From NCBI GenBank assembly GCA_963733195.1, contig CAVTCR010000078.1, positions 1 through 64,000 of the forward strand: DNA of 64,000 nucleotides, in the 5' to 3' direction. The position numbers were made by a program, and so were the translations under genes. Shown here piece by piece: positions 52,916 through 63,715 of this stretch. The notes below the pieces were generated by a model that worked only from the letters and a program-made list of their open reading frames with translations, was not told the origin of the DNA and ran no database searches. This stretch comes from an uncultured delta proteobacterium (GTDB lineage: Bacteria > Desulfobacterota > Binatia > Bin18). Positions within the stretch are counted from its first letter, which is position 1, and each line of letters opens with the position of its first letter.

Positions 52916-54271
52916 TCACCAAATCTTTCCTGGATTGAGAATTCCTTTCGGATCAAAAAGCTGCTTAATCCCTTTCATCAGTTCGAGTGAGGCTCCGTGC
53001 TCTTGTTGCATGTATTTGCGACTACCAAGGCCGATGCCGTGTTCACCAGAAGCGGTACCGCCAACAGACAATACAAACGAGACAATCTCATCTTTTGCTT
53101 GATTCGCGGTAGCCCATCGCTCAGTGTCATCTGGGTCTTCGCGTAGTAGGGCGTGCAGAATGCCGATTCCAGCATGGCCAAACGTATGGAGTACAACTCC
53201 ATGCCGCTCGGCGATGGCATAGCTCTGCTCGACAATCTCAGGCAAACGCGAGACAGGGAATCCCATATCGGTCCGCAGTGTTTTGGCGTGGGGATTGAGC
53301 GCTTGGATTGCACGCGTAGTAAAGTGACGAATCTCCCACGGATTGCGTCCGTCAGGAAGCACGATCGATACACCTTGATATTCTTCACAAATAGTGCGTG
53401 CTGAAGCAAAGATTTCGTCAACTGATAAAGGAGAGCCATGTACCTCAATGAACAGGGATGGCTGTTCGATGAGACCAAAGTGCTGAAAGCGATTGAGTGC
53501 GGCAATAGAACGACGATCAAGAAACTCTACCGCGGCAAGGTCTACGCTATAGCGCATCATCTCAGCAATGGCCGACACTGCCGCCTTTTCTGAGGGAAAC
53601 GTGAACGCCCCTTGCTTCCGCCCTTGTGGCAACCCAACCAGCGACAATGTCAGTTCGGTTACGATCCCCAATGTCCCTTCCGATCCAACCAAAAGGCCAA
53701 GGAGATGATACCCAGATGAAGTTTTGCGACTGCGGGTACCAAGGTGCAGTACTTCTCCTGTGCCAGTCACAACCGTCATTGCCTTCACATGATCTCGCGT
53801 TCCTCCGTATTTCACGGAGTAGATACCACTCGCATTGTTGGCGACCATGCCACCGATGGTTGCGACATCTGAGCTGCCACCAGGTGACGGAGGAAAAAAC
53901 AAGCCGTAGGGTTTCAGTTGTTCATTGAGCTGGTTGTAGACGATTCCCGGTTGCACAGTCACTTGAAGATCCTCAGTATGAGCACTCACAACCGCGGTCA
54001 TCCGCGAGAGATCGAGGACAATCCCACCTCGCACCGGAATGGGGTTTCCTTCCAAGCTGGACCCAGCTCCGCGAGCAGTGAGAGGAACATTTTGTTCGTA
54101 GGCATAGCGAACGACACGGACAACCTCATCAGTTGTCAGCGGCCACACGACTACTTCGGGCATTGACGGTGGACAAGAAGATTCATCGCGTGACGCGCTC
54201 TCAAGGTCAGTTAGGTTCGTCGACACCTGGTTTGCAGCCAGTAACGCAATCAAATCATTGGCAATGGACAT
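52916..54271 (-). CDS. FAD-linked oxidase (GlcD / D-lactate dehydrogenase family)
   Basis: RGAGSSLEG, ATIGGMVANNASG, GSEGTLG, FGHAG, SGEHGIG, FDPKGILNPGK. Confidence 0.93.
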   Translation of the reverse strand: MSIANDLIALLAANQVSTNLTDLESASRDESSCPPSMPEVVVWPLTTDEVVRVVRYAYEQNVPLTARGAGSSLEGNPIPVRGGIVLDLSRMTAVVSAHTEDLQVTVQPGIVYNQLNEQLKPYGLFFPPSPGGSSDVATIGGMVANNASGIYSVKYGGTRDHVKAMTVVTGTGEVLHLGTRSRKTSSGYHLLGLLVGSEGTLGIVTELTLSLVGLPQGRKQGAFTFPSEKAAVSAIAEMMRYSVDLAAVEFLDRRSIAALNRFQHFGLIEQPSLFIEVHGSPLSVDEIFASARTICEEYQGVSIVLPDGRNPWEIRHFTTRAIQALNPHAKTLRTDMGFPVSRLPEIVEQSYAIAERHGVVLHTFGHAGIGILHALLREDPDDTERWATANQAKDEIVSFVLSVGGTASGEHGIGLGSRKYMQQEHGASLELMKGIKQLFDPKGILNPGKIW

Positions 54272-54584
54272 AATGCACCTACGAGGCCGCAGAGCGGCAA
54301 CATGAGACAAATAGACCAGTCTTCCCTACCCTCTAAGCTTCTCTACTCCTTGTCTCCCTTTCCTGACAATCACCCTCTATAGGCGGCAAAGTAACAGTCT
54401 CCCCTTTAGGCGCTACCTAATTTCTCCACTCAACGGTCTCCTTGCGCAAGAACTGTCGGCATACTTCAGTGGAACTACTAGACACTGCGGGGTTCTCCTG
54501 TTCATTATGCATGTTATTATGCCTGATCGAACCGCTGTCCGCACTTGATGACATCTCCTCGATAAGAGATTCGTGCAGAAAGCT

Positions 54585-55809
54585 ATGCCTATTCGTCTCA
54601 CTCGCCGTGCCGCTTGCACACTCATACTAACCGCACAGGGCCTTCATCGTCAGCCTGAAGGTACGGCAACGAAGAACAGTGTCCTGGAAGCGATCCGTCG
54701 CATGGGTGCGTTGCAAATCGATACAATCAACGTAGTCGCTCGCAGTCCGTATCTCGTCTTATGGAGTCGTCTCGGCCACTACGACCCTCGTTGGCTTGAC
54801 GAGTTACTCAGCGACGGAGCCTTATTCGAGTATTGGTCGCACGAGGCCTGTTTCTTGCCGATTGAGGATTATCGCTTGTACCGTCATCGGATGCTTGAAC
54901 CCAGTTCCTTAGGCTGGAAGTATCCCCAAGAATGGGCGGCTGCACATCAAAAGGAGATTGCACAGGTACTTACGGGTATTCGTGAACGCGGCCCTCTACG
55001 CTCGGCTGACTTTGCGAGTAACGGAAAACAGAAGAATGGGTGGGGGGGATGGAAGCCGGAGAAGCGTGCCTTAGAGACTCTTTTCACCACGGGTGAACTC
55101 ATGATCGCGCGTAGGCATAACTTTCAGCGTGTCTACGATCTACGAGAGCGCGTATTGCCGACCTGGGATGATACACAATTGCCGCCACGCGAGGAGCATG
55201 CAACGATCCCTCATCCTCAAAGCGGTTCGCGCCCTTGGCGTGACAACTGCGGCTTGGGTGGCAGACTATTTCCGCATCCGCAAGCAAGACACGATTCCGT
55301 TGGTGATACAGTTAGCAAAGGAAGGAGCGTTATTAACTGCGCAGGTCGAGGGATGGGACAATCCAGTATACCTCCACCCTGACCACCAGGAGAGCGCGGA
55401 GCAGGCAGTAGAAAGCACGATTCGCCCACAGCTTACGACATTACTCTCTCCGTTCGACCCTCTGGTGTGGGATCGTGAACGCACGAGAATGCTCTTCAAC
55501 TTTGATTACACACTGGAATGCTATACTCCTGCTCCTAAGCGACGCTACGGATACTTTACTCTGCCCATCTTGCATCGTGGAGCCTTGATCGGTCGGGTAG
55601 ATGCGAAAACCCATCGTCAGGACGCACTCTTTGAGGTGAAGGCGTTCCACCTGGAACCTGATGTTCGCATAACTGACAGATTGGTTACCGATGTCGCCCA
55701 GATGATCCGCGCGTGTGCAACGTGGCATGGAACTCCGGAGATCGTGATTCGCCACACCGATCCGCCCAAGGTCGCTCCTCTTCTGCAAGGGGCTATTGCA
55801 CGGAGTTGA
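54585..55809 (+). CDS. ycaQ: YcaQ/AlkZ-family (HTH_42) interstrand-crosslink DNA glycosylase; frameshift near 55200
   Basis: LQIDTINVVARSPYLVLWSRLG, FEYWSHEA, LLSPFDPLVWDR, ECYTPAPKRRYGY. Confidence 0.9.
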
Positions 55810-55938
55810 GCAGTATTGACAATGTGAGGACTCAATTAGACTGCAAGCGGAGAGTTACACCTGGAGATACAACGGATCGCGAATCTCCCTTTTGGGTTCA
55901 ACGAAAAGTCGTCCGCCAATAAAGAAAAGGAGGTAGGG

Positions 55939-56919
55939 ATGAAGATCGAGCCGTGGTCCCGCAGACATTTTCTCAAAAACCTGAGCGCAGCCACTGTCGC
56001 TGCAACGGTAGCTGGACGGGTGGCCGTGCCGCAAGTCAGCCAGGCTGCCCAAACAACTCCGGGAGCGCTACGCTTTGGTGTTCAAGTCGTCCCGCAGCAC
56101 ACTACATACGCCGATATTCTCCAAACCTGGCGCGAGGTGGATGAGTTGGGATTTGATACTGCCTTTCTCTTTGATCACTTCATCCCTATTCTCTCTGATC
56201 CCAACGGCCCATGCTTCGAAGGGTGGACGCTGCTCGCCGCCTTAGCGGCACAAACCAAGCGTGTGAAAATTGGATTGTTGGTGACCGGTAACACATATCG
56301 TAATCCGGCTTTGGTGGCAAAAATGGCCGCTACCGTGGATCAAGTGAGTAACGGTCGCGCCATTCTCGGTCTCGGAGCAGCATGGTTTGAAGCTGAGCAT
56401 ACAGCGTATGGTATTCCGTTCTTCACTCCGAGTGAACGTGCCAAGCGACTGGGAGAAGCAGTCTCAGTGATCAAACTTCTCTTCTCACAACAAAAGAGCA
56501 CCTTCAACGGTAAATTTTATCAGCTGAAGGACGCGCCGTGTGAACCTAAACCGGTCCAGAAACACCTGCCACTGTTAATTGGCGGCGTTGGGCCGAAACG
56601 GATCCAACCGCTCGCCGCACGGCATGCTGACATTTGGCATTTTTTCCCCGGCAGCGAAGATCCGCAGGATGTGAAGCGTATGTGTGAGAGTTTCGATCAA
56701 CTCTGTCAAAAAGTGAAACGTGATCCCGCCACAGTAGAAAAATCGCTCTCGCTACGTCCGCCGCAACTCGCTGGTCCGAGCAAAGAAGTCGCTAGCCGCG
56801 TCAAAACCCTCGCGGATGCTGGTGTTAGGCATTTCATCATCTCTCTGTCGCCACCTTTTGATCATGCGTTGTTACGACGTTTCGCGACCGAAGTCATTCC
56901 GGCAGTGAGAAAGGCATAA
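55939..56919 (+). CDS. Tat-signal LLM class F420-dependent oxidoreductase
   Basis: SRRHFLK leader; FLFDHF, EGWTLLAALAA, LVTGNTYRNPAL.AKMAATVD. Confidence 0.9.
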   Translation: MKIEPWSRRHFLKNLSAATVAATVAGRVAVPQVSQAAQTTPGALRFGVQVVPQHTTYADILQTWREVDELGFDTAFLFDHFIPILSDPNGPCFEGWTLLAALAAQTKRVKIGLLVTGNTYRNPALVAKMAATVDQVSNGRAILGLGAAWFEAEHTAYGIPFFTPSERAKRLGEAVSVIKLLFSQQKSTFNGKFYQLKDAPCEPKPVQKHLPLLIGGVGPKRIQPLAARHADIWHFFPGSEDPQDVKRMCESFDQLCQKVKRDPATVEKSLSLRPPQLAGPSKEVASRVKTLADAGVRHFIISLSPPFDHALLRRFATEVIPAVRKA

Positions 56920-57027
56920 ACGCAGATAACCTCACAGTAACGACCATCCCGATAAAGGAGTCACATTATGCAATTTTGTTTTCTCGCGCAAATAATCGAA
57001 GGAACCCCTAGGGAATAATAACATTAG

Positions 57028-57057
57028 CCACAGGCAGAAAATGCCGTCTGCCTGTGG
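57028..57057. terminator. Hairpin between convergent genes
   Basis: Perfect 11-bp stem ccacaggcaga/tctgcctgtgg directly after the typA stop. Confidence 0.6.
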
Positions 57058-57058
57058 A

Positions 57059-58891
57059 TTATTGATTACTCTCTCTGCGTTTCGGTCGTAGATTCTGTTG
57101 CAGAACCTTCTTGCGCAACCGGATCGACTGTGGCGTCACTTCCACGAGCTCCTCATCCGCGATCCACTCAAGCCCATCTTCGAGACCCATCTCGCGGTGT
57201 GGAGTGAGTCTGACGGCTTCGTCGTGGCCTGAGGCGCGCATATTGGTCAGCTTCTTCTCGCGACACGCATTAACGTCCAAATCTTTATCGCGGGAATACT
57301 CACCAACGATCATACCTTCGTAGACCGGTGTTCCGGGAGGAACGAAGAGCATCCCTCGTTCTTGCAGGTGAAATAGAGCATACGGGACCGCCACGCCTTC
57401 ACGATCGGCCACCATTGCACCATTGACACGGCTTTGAATCGCCCCTTGCCAAGGCGCATAGCCGTTGAACAATGCGTTAATGATCCCAGTGCCACGGGTA
57501 TCAGTCAGGAAATGCGAACGAAAACCGATCAAGCCACGTGATGGCACTGAAAACTCTAGACGTACCCGTCCTGAGCCTTCATGTTCCATTTTTGTCATGA
57601 CTCCACGCCGCACTGCTAACAGTTGCGAGACCACGCCAATGTATCCCTCTGGAACATCGACAAGAAGCGATTCCATCGGCTCTTGCAGCACCCCGCCAAT
57701 TTGCTTAGTGACAACAGTCGGCTTCGATACTTGTAGTTCATACCCCTCGCGGCGCATCGTCTCAATCAGAATCGCTAGCTGCAGCTCCCCACGTCCCAAC
57801 ACGCGGAAGGAATCCGGGGAGTCCATTTCTTCGATTCTTAGGCTCACATTCTTCCGCGCTTCTGCCCCTAACCGCTCACGGATTTTGCGCGATGTCACAA
57901 ACTGTCCCTCGCGACCAGACCACGGCGCGGTATTGACCCCGAAGATCATCGAGATGGTCGGTTCATCAATCCGAATGGCAGGTAAGGGTTTGGGAGTTTC
58001 ACGATCAGAAACGGTTTCACCGATTTGAATCTCTTCAATTCCAGCAATCGCCACAACGTCGCCAGCTTTGGCTTCGTCAATTTCCACCCGTTTCAGTCCC
58101 TGCCAGGTGTAGACTTGCACGATTTTACACGGAGCCTGGGAACCATCGAGGCGACAGAGGGTGTAGAGACCCGCGGTTTTGAGTACGCCACTGACGACAC
58201 GGCCAATTGCCAACCGCCCAACGTAGTCGTTGTAGTCAAGATTGTTCACCTGAAACTGGACCGTTGCTGTAGGATCACTCAGTGGTCCTGGCAGAGTAGA
58301 GACAATCAGATCAAACAGTGGACGCAGATCTTCTGACTCATCTGTCAGCTCCCGTTTTGCAATCCCAGCTCGGGCATTGGTATAGACAACTGGGAAATCC
58401 AGTTGTTCTTCGGTGGCATCGAGATCAATGAACAGATCGTAGATTTCGTTGAGCACTTCTGTGATGCGGGCGTCAGGTCGGTCGATCTTGTTGATACACA
58501 CAACCGGAGGTAAGCCAGCTTCGAGTGCTTTTTTCAGCACGAAACGAGTTTGGGGGAGCGGGCCTTCAGAAGCATCAACCAGCAACATAACACCATCGAC
58601 CATTGCCAGCGCGCGTTCCACTTCACCACCGAAATCAGCGTGTCCTGGAGTATCGACGAAGTTAATTTTCACTCCATGGTATGAGAGAGACGCATTCTTA
58701 GCGAGAATGGTGATGCCGCGTTCTCGTTCCAGTTCAAATGAGTCCATCACCCGGTCAACAACTTGCTCCTTCACTCGAAAAGTACCGCTTTGCCGCAACA
58801 GAGCATCAATCAGAGTCGTTTTGCCGTGGTCAACATGGGCGATGATGGCAACATTACGAATATCATCGCGCCGTGGCGTGCCGTTCTGCAA
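57059..58891 (-). CDS. typA: Translational GTPase TypA/BipA
   Basis: [45 protein letters not shown]. Confidence 0.98.
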   Translation of the reverse strand: MQNGTPRRDDIRNVAIIAHVDHGKTTLIDALLRQSGTFRVKEQVVDRVMDSFELERERGITILAKNASLSYHGVKINFVDTPGHADFGGEVERALAMVDGVMLLVDASEGPLPQTRFVLKKALEAGLPPVVCINKIDRPDARITEVLNEIYDLFIDLDATEEQLDFPVVYTNARAGIAKRELTDESEDLRPLFDLIVSTLPGPLSDPTATVQFQVNNLDYNDYVGRLAIGRVVSGVLKTAGLYTLCRLDGSQAPCKIVQVYTWQGLKRVEIDEAKAGDVVAIAGIEEIQIGETVSDRETPKPLPAIRIDEPTISMIFGVNTAPWSGREGQFVTSRKIRERLGAEARKNVSLRIEEMDSPDSFRVLGRGELQLAILIETMRREGYELQVSKPTVVTKQIGGVLQEPMESLLVDVPEGYIGVVSQLLAVRRGVMTKMEHEGSGRVRLEFSVPSRGLIGFRSHFLTDTRGTGIINALFNGYAPWQGAIQSRVNGAMVADREGVAVPYALFHLQERGMLFVPPGTPVYEGMIVGEYSRDKDLDVNACREKKLTNMRASGHDEAVRLTPHREMGLEDGLEWIADEELVEVTPQSIRLRKKVLQQNLRPKRRESNQ

Positions 58892-59240
58892 TGGAATCCT
58901 CCTTACAAATTGGGGAAAAAAGGCCGGAGACGTCCGACCTCTGTACAGATATTTTGTTTGTAGCTTTATTGTTTATTGTGCCGGATTTGTCTCGGGAAGT
59001 CAGCAGGGACAACACTATTCCCCTCGGAAGTTAAAGATTTTTCTCGTATCGTCGATAGTACAGAGACGGGAAAGTCTGGGGGATATTCGGCACACACTAC
59101 ATTTCTCAAATATCCGTCTACATTTCCCTCCGTGTAGGAGACTCGCCTCTTCTTGGTGTGTAGAGAATTTACCACCAATAAGGACGAGTACCAAATCGGA
59201 ACAATTTGTCAGAATCTCGATGAGAAGAGAGGCAGGACGT

Positions 59241-59735
59241 ATGCAGCAGAAGCATAAGGGGACGCAAAAAAGCAATCAGACCGGAGAGCAAAAATCTCCA
59301 GCAAAGACTCGAGAGCTGGCTACAAGAGCCAGAAACGCGCTTGGAATTCGTCCGAGACCCTCTCAGGACTACACCAGCACAAAACCTACACCGCAACAGG
59401 GACAACGCCAGGCCTCATATGTGAAAGAAGCAACACTTCCCCCTTCATTTGAGTTTCGCCCTTGTGCTCTTGTTGGTCCCGACGGGCAAAATCGACCAGG
59501 CTGGGAATTGTGGGTCGGCGGTATGATGTTTGGGCGTGCTGATACAAAAGAGACCTTACTCGCATACCATGCACGCTTGCATGATCCTCTACCGAGTGGT
59601 CATTGGAAAGACCGCGCGTGGCAACCGATGAAGAAAAAATCGACAGGGCGACGGGCTAACGAAGAACAGGACTCTCGGTTCGACGATGAGGAGCCCGAAG
59701 CAGAGCCAGAGATAGAAAGTTCCTGGAAGGAGTAG
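59241..59735 (+). CDS. Hypothetical protein (basic N-terminus, small folded core, acidic tail)
   Basis: 3' part of track ORF 58449..59735; purine-rich RBS-like stretch before ATG 59241. Confidence 0.6.
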   Translation: MQQKHKGTQKSNQTGEQKSPAKTRELATRARNALGIRPRPSQDYTSTKPTPQQGQRQASYVKEATLPPSFEFRPCALVGPDGQNRPGWELWVGGMMFGRADTKETLLAYHARLHDPLPSGHWKDRAWQPMKKKSTGRRANEEQDSRFDDEEPEAEPEIESSWKE

Positions 59736-59809
59736 AAGAGAAAACGCCCTCCCCTCGTAGTTATCAGTTGTTCGGTAGCATTGTAAGAGAATGACCTCGG
59801 ACGACTGCC

Positions 59810-59852
59810 ATGCTCAAAGCGATATTCGTTGATCTCGATGGCACCCTTGCTG
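59810..59852 (+). pseudogene. N-terminal remnant of a HAD-family hydrolase
   Basis: ATG 59810: MLKAIFVDLDGTLA (HAD motif I), then similarity is lost. Confidence 0.5.
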
Positions 59853-59957
59853 GGGCTGAAAAAAGGCGAGGGCTATTGAAACCCTCAGCCTGCCTTTCCC
59901 CTTTATCCTTAATTTTCCATTGCTGTTTCGCCGTTTCTCATTTCGCCCTTTCTCTGC

Positions 59958-61160
59958 TCACAGCGTGAAGATATGTACCGATGCCACTGCGTTTTCATTT
60001 CCTAGTACCCCACCACCATTTTCGGTAAGACCAACCTTTGCTCCCGGAACCTGACGTTTTCCTGCTTCACCACGCAATTGCCAGAAAATCTCAGAAATTT
60101 GCGCCACTCCAGTCGCACCAACTGGATGTCCTTTGGCGAGAAGACCGCCACTTGGGTTCACCGGAACGCGACCACCAAGCTTCGTCACACCATCATCAAT
60201 CAGCTTGCCACCTTCACCAGCACGGCATAGTCCGAGTTCTTCATACACAATCAGTTCTGCTGGCGCGGTGGCATCGTGGACCTCTACTACATGCACCTCT
60301 TCTGGACCGATCCCTGCCATCTTGTAAGCCTTTTGCGCGGCTTTGGTTACAATGCCTGGAGCATCAGCCGTATGTTCTTCACTTGATGAGACAATCGACG
60401 CGCGCACGAACACCGGTTTCGCTGTGAGTTGGCGAGCCTTCTCTACGGTCGTAATTACCACTGCAGCGGCGCCGTCACCAATCGGAGAACACATCATCCG
60501 AGTAAGCGGCTCGGCAATCAGCGGAGCCGCAAGAATATCTTCCATCGTGCGTGGGGTCTGAAACTGAGCATGGGGATTCAGACTGCCGTTAGTGTGATTC
60601 TTTGCGGCGATGCGAGCAAATTGCTCACGAGTTGTGCCGTAGCGAGCCATATGCGCTCGGGCAAGGTTGGCATAATAGTCCATGAACACACTGCGTGACT
60701 CCCCAGCGCCGGCAGCCTGTTCGCCGCTCATTTGTCGCGCAAATTCATCGGCCAGTTCAAGATCAATCGCGCTACCAATTGCCTCGAACGTTCGCTTCTT
60801 GTCGGGGTGAAAGAGTTTCTCCATGCCAACAGCGAGCACGGTATCGTACATTCCCGATGCTACATACAACCACGCGAGATGGAATGCAGTCGAAGAACTG
60901 GCACAAGCATTTTCGGTGTTGATCACTGGGATCCCACCAATGCCCATTTCCCGTAAGACCACCTGGCCACGGATGCATTCTTGACCAGTAATGAGACCAG
61001 CTACAGCGTTCCCAACTGCCGCAGCTTCAATCGTCTCTTTCTCGATACCTGCGGTGCGCAACGCGTGTTCTACAGCCTCACGCGCAAGATCTTTCATACT
61101 GCGATCTTGATGTTTGCCAAAGCGGGTCATCCCTGCACCAACGACGGCAACTTGTCGCAT
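59958..61160 (-). CDS. Thiolase family protein (SCP2/SCPx type)
   Basis: ENACASSS, MCSPIGDGAAA, EVHDA, NPSGGLLAKGHPVGATG. Confidence 0.93.
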   Translation of the reverse strand: MRQVAVVGAGMTRFGKHQDRSMKDLAREAVEHALRTAGIEKETIEAAAVGNAVAGLITGQECIRGQVVLREMGIGGIPVINTENACASSSTAFHLAWLYVASGMYDTVLAVGMEKLFHPDKKRTFEAIGSAIDLELADEFARQMSGEQAAGAGESRSVFMDYYANLARAHMARYGTTREQFARIAAKNHTNGSLNPHAQFQTPRTMEDILAAPLIAEPLTRMMCSPIGDGAAAVVITTVEKARQLTAKPVFVRASIVSSSEEHTADAPGIVTKAAQKAYKMAGIGPEEVHVVEVHDATAPAELIVYEELGLCRAGEGGKLIDDGVTKLGGRVPVNPSGGLLAKGHPVGATGVAQISEIFWQLRGEAGKRQVPGAKVGLTENGGGVLGNENAVASVHIFTL

Positions 61161-61235
61161 ACTGGCCTCCTTTGTCTAACGTGATAGGGTGCAGAGTCTA
61201 GCAGGTGAATACACAGACAGGAAGGAGCGCATATC

Positions 61236-61490
61236 GTGGAAGACGCTTTAGCAGTTGTTGGACAATGGGTTGGCCTCGTAAAGGCAGCAAAGTTCGCCCT
61301 CGCCGAGATTAGTCGTGACTGCGAAGAACGAGTGGCAAACGGCACAGTAACAACAGAAGACGATTTCCGTGAAGCCGTGGATTCGATCTTTGAAGCGTTG
61401 AGTTCACTACAGGTCCAACTCGAAGAGCAGGAAGCTGCTCTGGAACAGGAGTTGGACGAGGAAGATGGTCATGATCATTCTGCTCATTGA
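61236..61490 (+). CDS. Small acidic helical hypothetical protein
   Basis: GGAAGGAG RBS before GTG; coiled-coil-like; tail DEEDGHDHSAH. Confidence 0.6.
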   Translation: MEDALAVVGQWVGLVKAAKFALAEISRDCEERVANGTVTTEDDFREAVDSIFEALSSLQVQLEEQEAALEQELDEEDGHDHSAH

Positions 61491-61514
61491 CATATCAAAA
61501 AAAATTGATATATT
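61487..61514 (+). promoter_or_regulatory. ars promoter with ArsR operator
   Basis: TTGACA-16 nt-TATATT overlapping palindrome ATATCAA-N6-TTGATAT; second box ATCAA-N6-TTGAT near 61896-61911. Confidence 0.7.
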
Positions 61515-61520
61515 GACCGC

Positions 61521-61874
61521 ATGACATTGGCTGCGACAAAAGCTGTCTTTCCATTGCGAGAGGATCTCGTCCCACGAGTTGCACGGTGGTTTCATGCGCT
61601 ATCTGATGAAACACGACTGCGGATCGTCGATCGGCTGAGTGACGGCGAGAAGTGTGTATGTGATTTAACTGACCTCCTTGACTCTGCACAGTCGCGTCTC
61701 TCGTTTCACCTCAAAACATTGAAAGATGCTGGCATCCTGAAGGACCGCCGTGAAGGGCGATGGGTGTACTACTCCCTCAACCCCGAGGTAGTGAAAGACT
61801 TAGAAACCTTTCTCTGTTCGCTCACCGATTGCTGTCGGAAGCTAAGAAAGGAGGCACCATCATGCTGTAATTAG
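61521..61874 (+). CDS. arsR: Arsenic-responsive ArsR repressor
   Basis: ALSDETRL, EKCVCDL, QSRLSFHLK; C-terminal CC pairs. Confidence 0.93.
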   Translation: MTLAATKAVFPLREDLVPRVARWFHALSDETRLRIVDRLSDGEKCVCDLTDLLDSAQSRLSFHLKTLKDAGILKDRREGRWVYYSLNPEVVKDLETFLCSLTDCCRKLRKEAPSCCN

Positions 61875-61932
61875 TCTCTTTTTTTACTCTAATCCATCAA
61901 TATTTTTTGATTTGACAATAAGGAGACGGACA

Positions 61933-62442
61933 ATGGCGCAGAACACATTTCATGTTGCACTCACGGTGAAGGATCTTCCCATAGCGATCGAGCATTACAA
62001 GAAGATTTTGGGCATTGAGCCGGCAAAGGTGAAATCAGATTATGCCAAGTTTGAACTGTCTGATCCACCGGTCATTCTCTCATTGAACCCTGGTTCCGGT
62101 GAGCCAGGAACGGTGAGCCATCTCGGCATTCGTTACGCTGACAGTGAAAAGGTTATTACCGAACAGGTGAGAACAAAAACTCAGGGGATTGCAGTCCGCG
62201 AGCAAGTCGGGACCACGTGCTGTTATGCGAAGGCGGATAAATTCTGGCTGCACGATGCCGACGGGATGGAATGGGAAATGTACACGCTGCTGGAAGATGC
62301 GGACGTACACTCACTACCGGATAATGCGTGCTGTGCACGACCCACGACCGTGCAGAAGAGCAAAAAAGAAGCCTCTGCCGCTGAACGCCGCGCTCCAACG
62401 ACAAAGCCGTCGTGGATGCGCCGCTCGTACAAATTGAGATGA
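61933..62442 (+). CDS. arsI: ArsI/CadI VOC-family metalloenzyme (C-As lyase-like)
   Basis: FHVALTV, PAKVKSDYAKF, SHLGI, TTCCYAKADKFW..D..WEMY. Confidence 0.85.
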   Translation: MAQNTFHVALTVKDLPIAIEHYKKILGIEPAKVKSDYAKFELSDPPVILSLNPGSGEPGTVSHLGIRYADSEKVITEQVRTKTQGIAVREQVGTTCCYAKADKFWLHDADGMEWEMYTLLEDADVHSLPDNACCARPTTVQKSKKEASAAERRAPTTKPSWMRRSYKLR

Positions 62443-62487
62443 AACGGTCATGTTGTTGAGGGGTATGGGGTTTACAGTACGTCACGG

Positions 62488-62588
62488 CACCTCCCCCGCT
62501 CTTGCAAAAAGGGTAGCAACGCGAAGCGTAGGGGGATTTTACGCTGTCGGTACGAGAAATCCTCCCTTGCCCTCCTATTGTAAAGGAG
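62488..62588. repeat. Degenerate CCCCC..AAAGGGG-type palindromic repeat
   Basis: cctccccc..aaaaaggg..agggggatttt..aaatcctccct..ctcct..aaaggag. Confidence 0.45.
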
Positions 62589-62647
62589 TGTGAATAAGAT
62601 TATGTTCAGATAGCCTCTGATAATGTCAATACAAGGAATCGTGAGGT

Positions 62648-63715
62648 ATGAAACAACTGTCTTTTCTCGACCGTTTTCTCACCTTATGGATTTTTCTGGC
62701 AATGGCCATCGGTGTCCTGATCGGCTATCTCTTTCCTGAAGTCGAATCCTTTATCAATCAGTTTCAGAGCGGCACGACCAATATCCCGATCGCCGTCGGC
62801 CTCATCCTCATGATGTACCCTCCACTCGCTAAGGTCCGCTATGAGAATCTTGGGAGTGTCTTCCATAACTGGCGGATATTACAATTATCGCTCGTGCAGA
62901 ACTGGATCATCGGTCCCATCCTGATGTTTGTCCTCGCACTTCTCTTCTTACATAATTACCCAGAATATATGGTCGGGCTGATCATGGTCGGGCTCGCGCG
63001 CTGCATCGCAATGGTGATCGTGTGGAACGAACTTGCGCGTGGAGATACAGAGTATGCAGCTGGCTTGGTCGCACTGAACAGTGTCTTTCAAGTGATTTTT
63101 TTTAGTATCTATGCATGGTTCTTCATCACCGTCTTGCCACCCTGGTTCGGACTGCAAGGCATCGTCGTGAATGTCAGCATTTCACAAATCGCGTACAGTG
63201 TTTTTATCTACCTAGGCATTCCTTTTCTTGCCGGTATGTTGACCCGTGCCGTTTTGGTGAATCTCAAAGGCAAGGAGTGGTATCACTCCCAGTTCATTCC
63301 CCGCATTAGTCCGCTTACGCTCATTGCGCTGCTATTCACGATCGTCGTGATGTTCAGCCTCAAAGGCAACTTAATTGTTCAGCTTCCGCTCGACGTGATT
63401 CGCATCGCCATCCCTCTCTTTCTCTATTTCGTCATCATGTTTCTCGTCAGTTTTTACATGGGACGGAAAGTCGGGGCAGATTACTCACAAACCGCAACTC
63501 TGTCGTTTACTGCGGCGAGTAATAACTTTGAGTTAGCTATTGCGGTTGCTGTCGCAGTCTTCGGAATCAACTCGGGGGCCGCATTTGCTGCCGTCATCGG
63601 ACCGCTCGTAGAAGTGCCGGTACTAGTGGGTTTGGTGAATGTGGCACTCTGGCTCCAGCAGCAGTACTTCTCCCCAACAACAGCAAAGGGCCTGGCACGG
63701 ACCGGGACAGCGTAG
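62648..63715 (+). CDS. acr3: Acr3 family arsenite efflux transporter
   Basis: [46 protein letters not shown]. Confidence 0.97.
   Translation: MKQLSFLDRFLTLWIFLAMAIGVLIGYLFPEVESFINQFQSGTTNIPIAVGLILMMYPPLAKVRYENLGSVFHNWRILQLSLVQNWIIGPILMFVLALLFLHNYPEYMVGLIMVGLARCIAMVIVWNELARGDTEYAAGLVALNSVFQVIFFSIYAWFFITVLPPWFGLQGIVVNVSISQIAYSVFIYLGIPFLAGMLTRAVLVNLKGKEWYHSQFIPRISPLTLIALLFTIVVMFSLKGNLIVQLPLDVIRIAIPLFLYFVIMFLVSFYMGRKVGADYSQTATLSFTAASNNFELAIAVAVAVFGINSGAAFAAVIGPLVEVPVLVGLVNVALWLQQQYFSPTTAKGLARTGTA

Noticed and set aside
54432-54480. Peptide LAQELSAYFSG resembling an Ogt fragment upstream of ycaQ
   Set aside because: Too short, with no start codon or active-site PCHR motif; may be chance.
2361-55809. 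Programmed frameshifting or mass pseudogenisation in split genes (PDO-rhodanese, Mo enzyme, LLM, cysI, MMPLs, ycaQ and others)
   Set aside because: Indels are scattered, often near homopolymers, with no consistent slippery site and with conserved sequence on both sides; sequencing or assembly error is the simpler explanation.
58449-59240. 428-aa ORF 58449..59735
   Set aside because: The 5' part is antisense to typA and crosses its promoter region; only the 3' part looks like a real gene.
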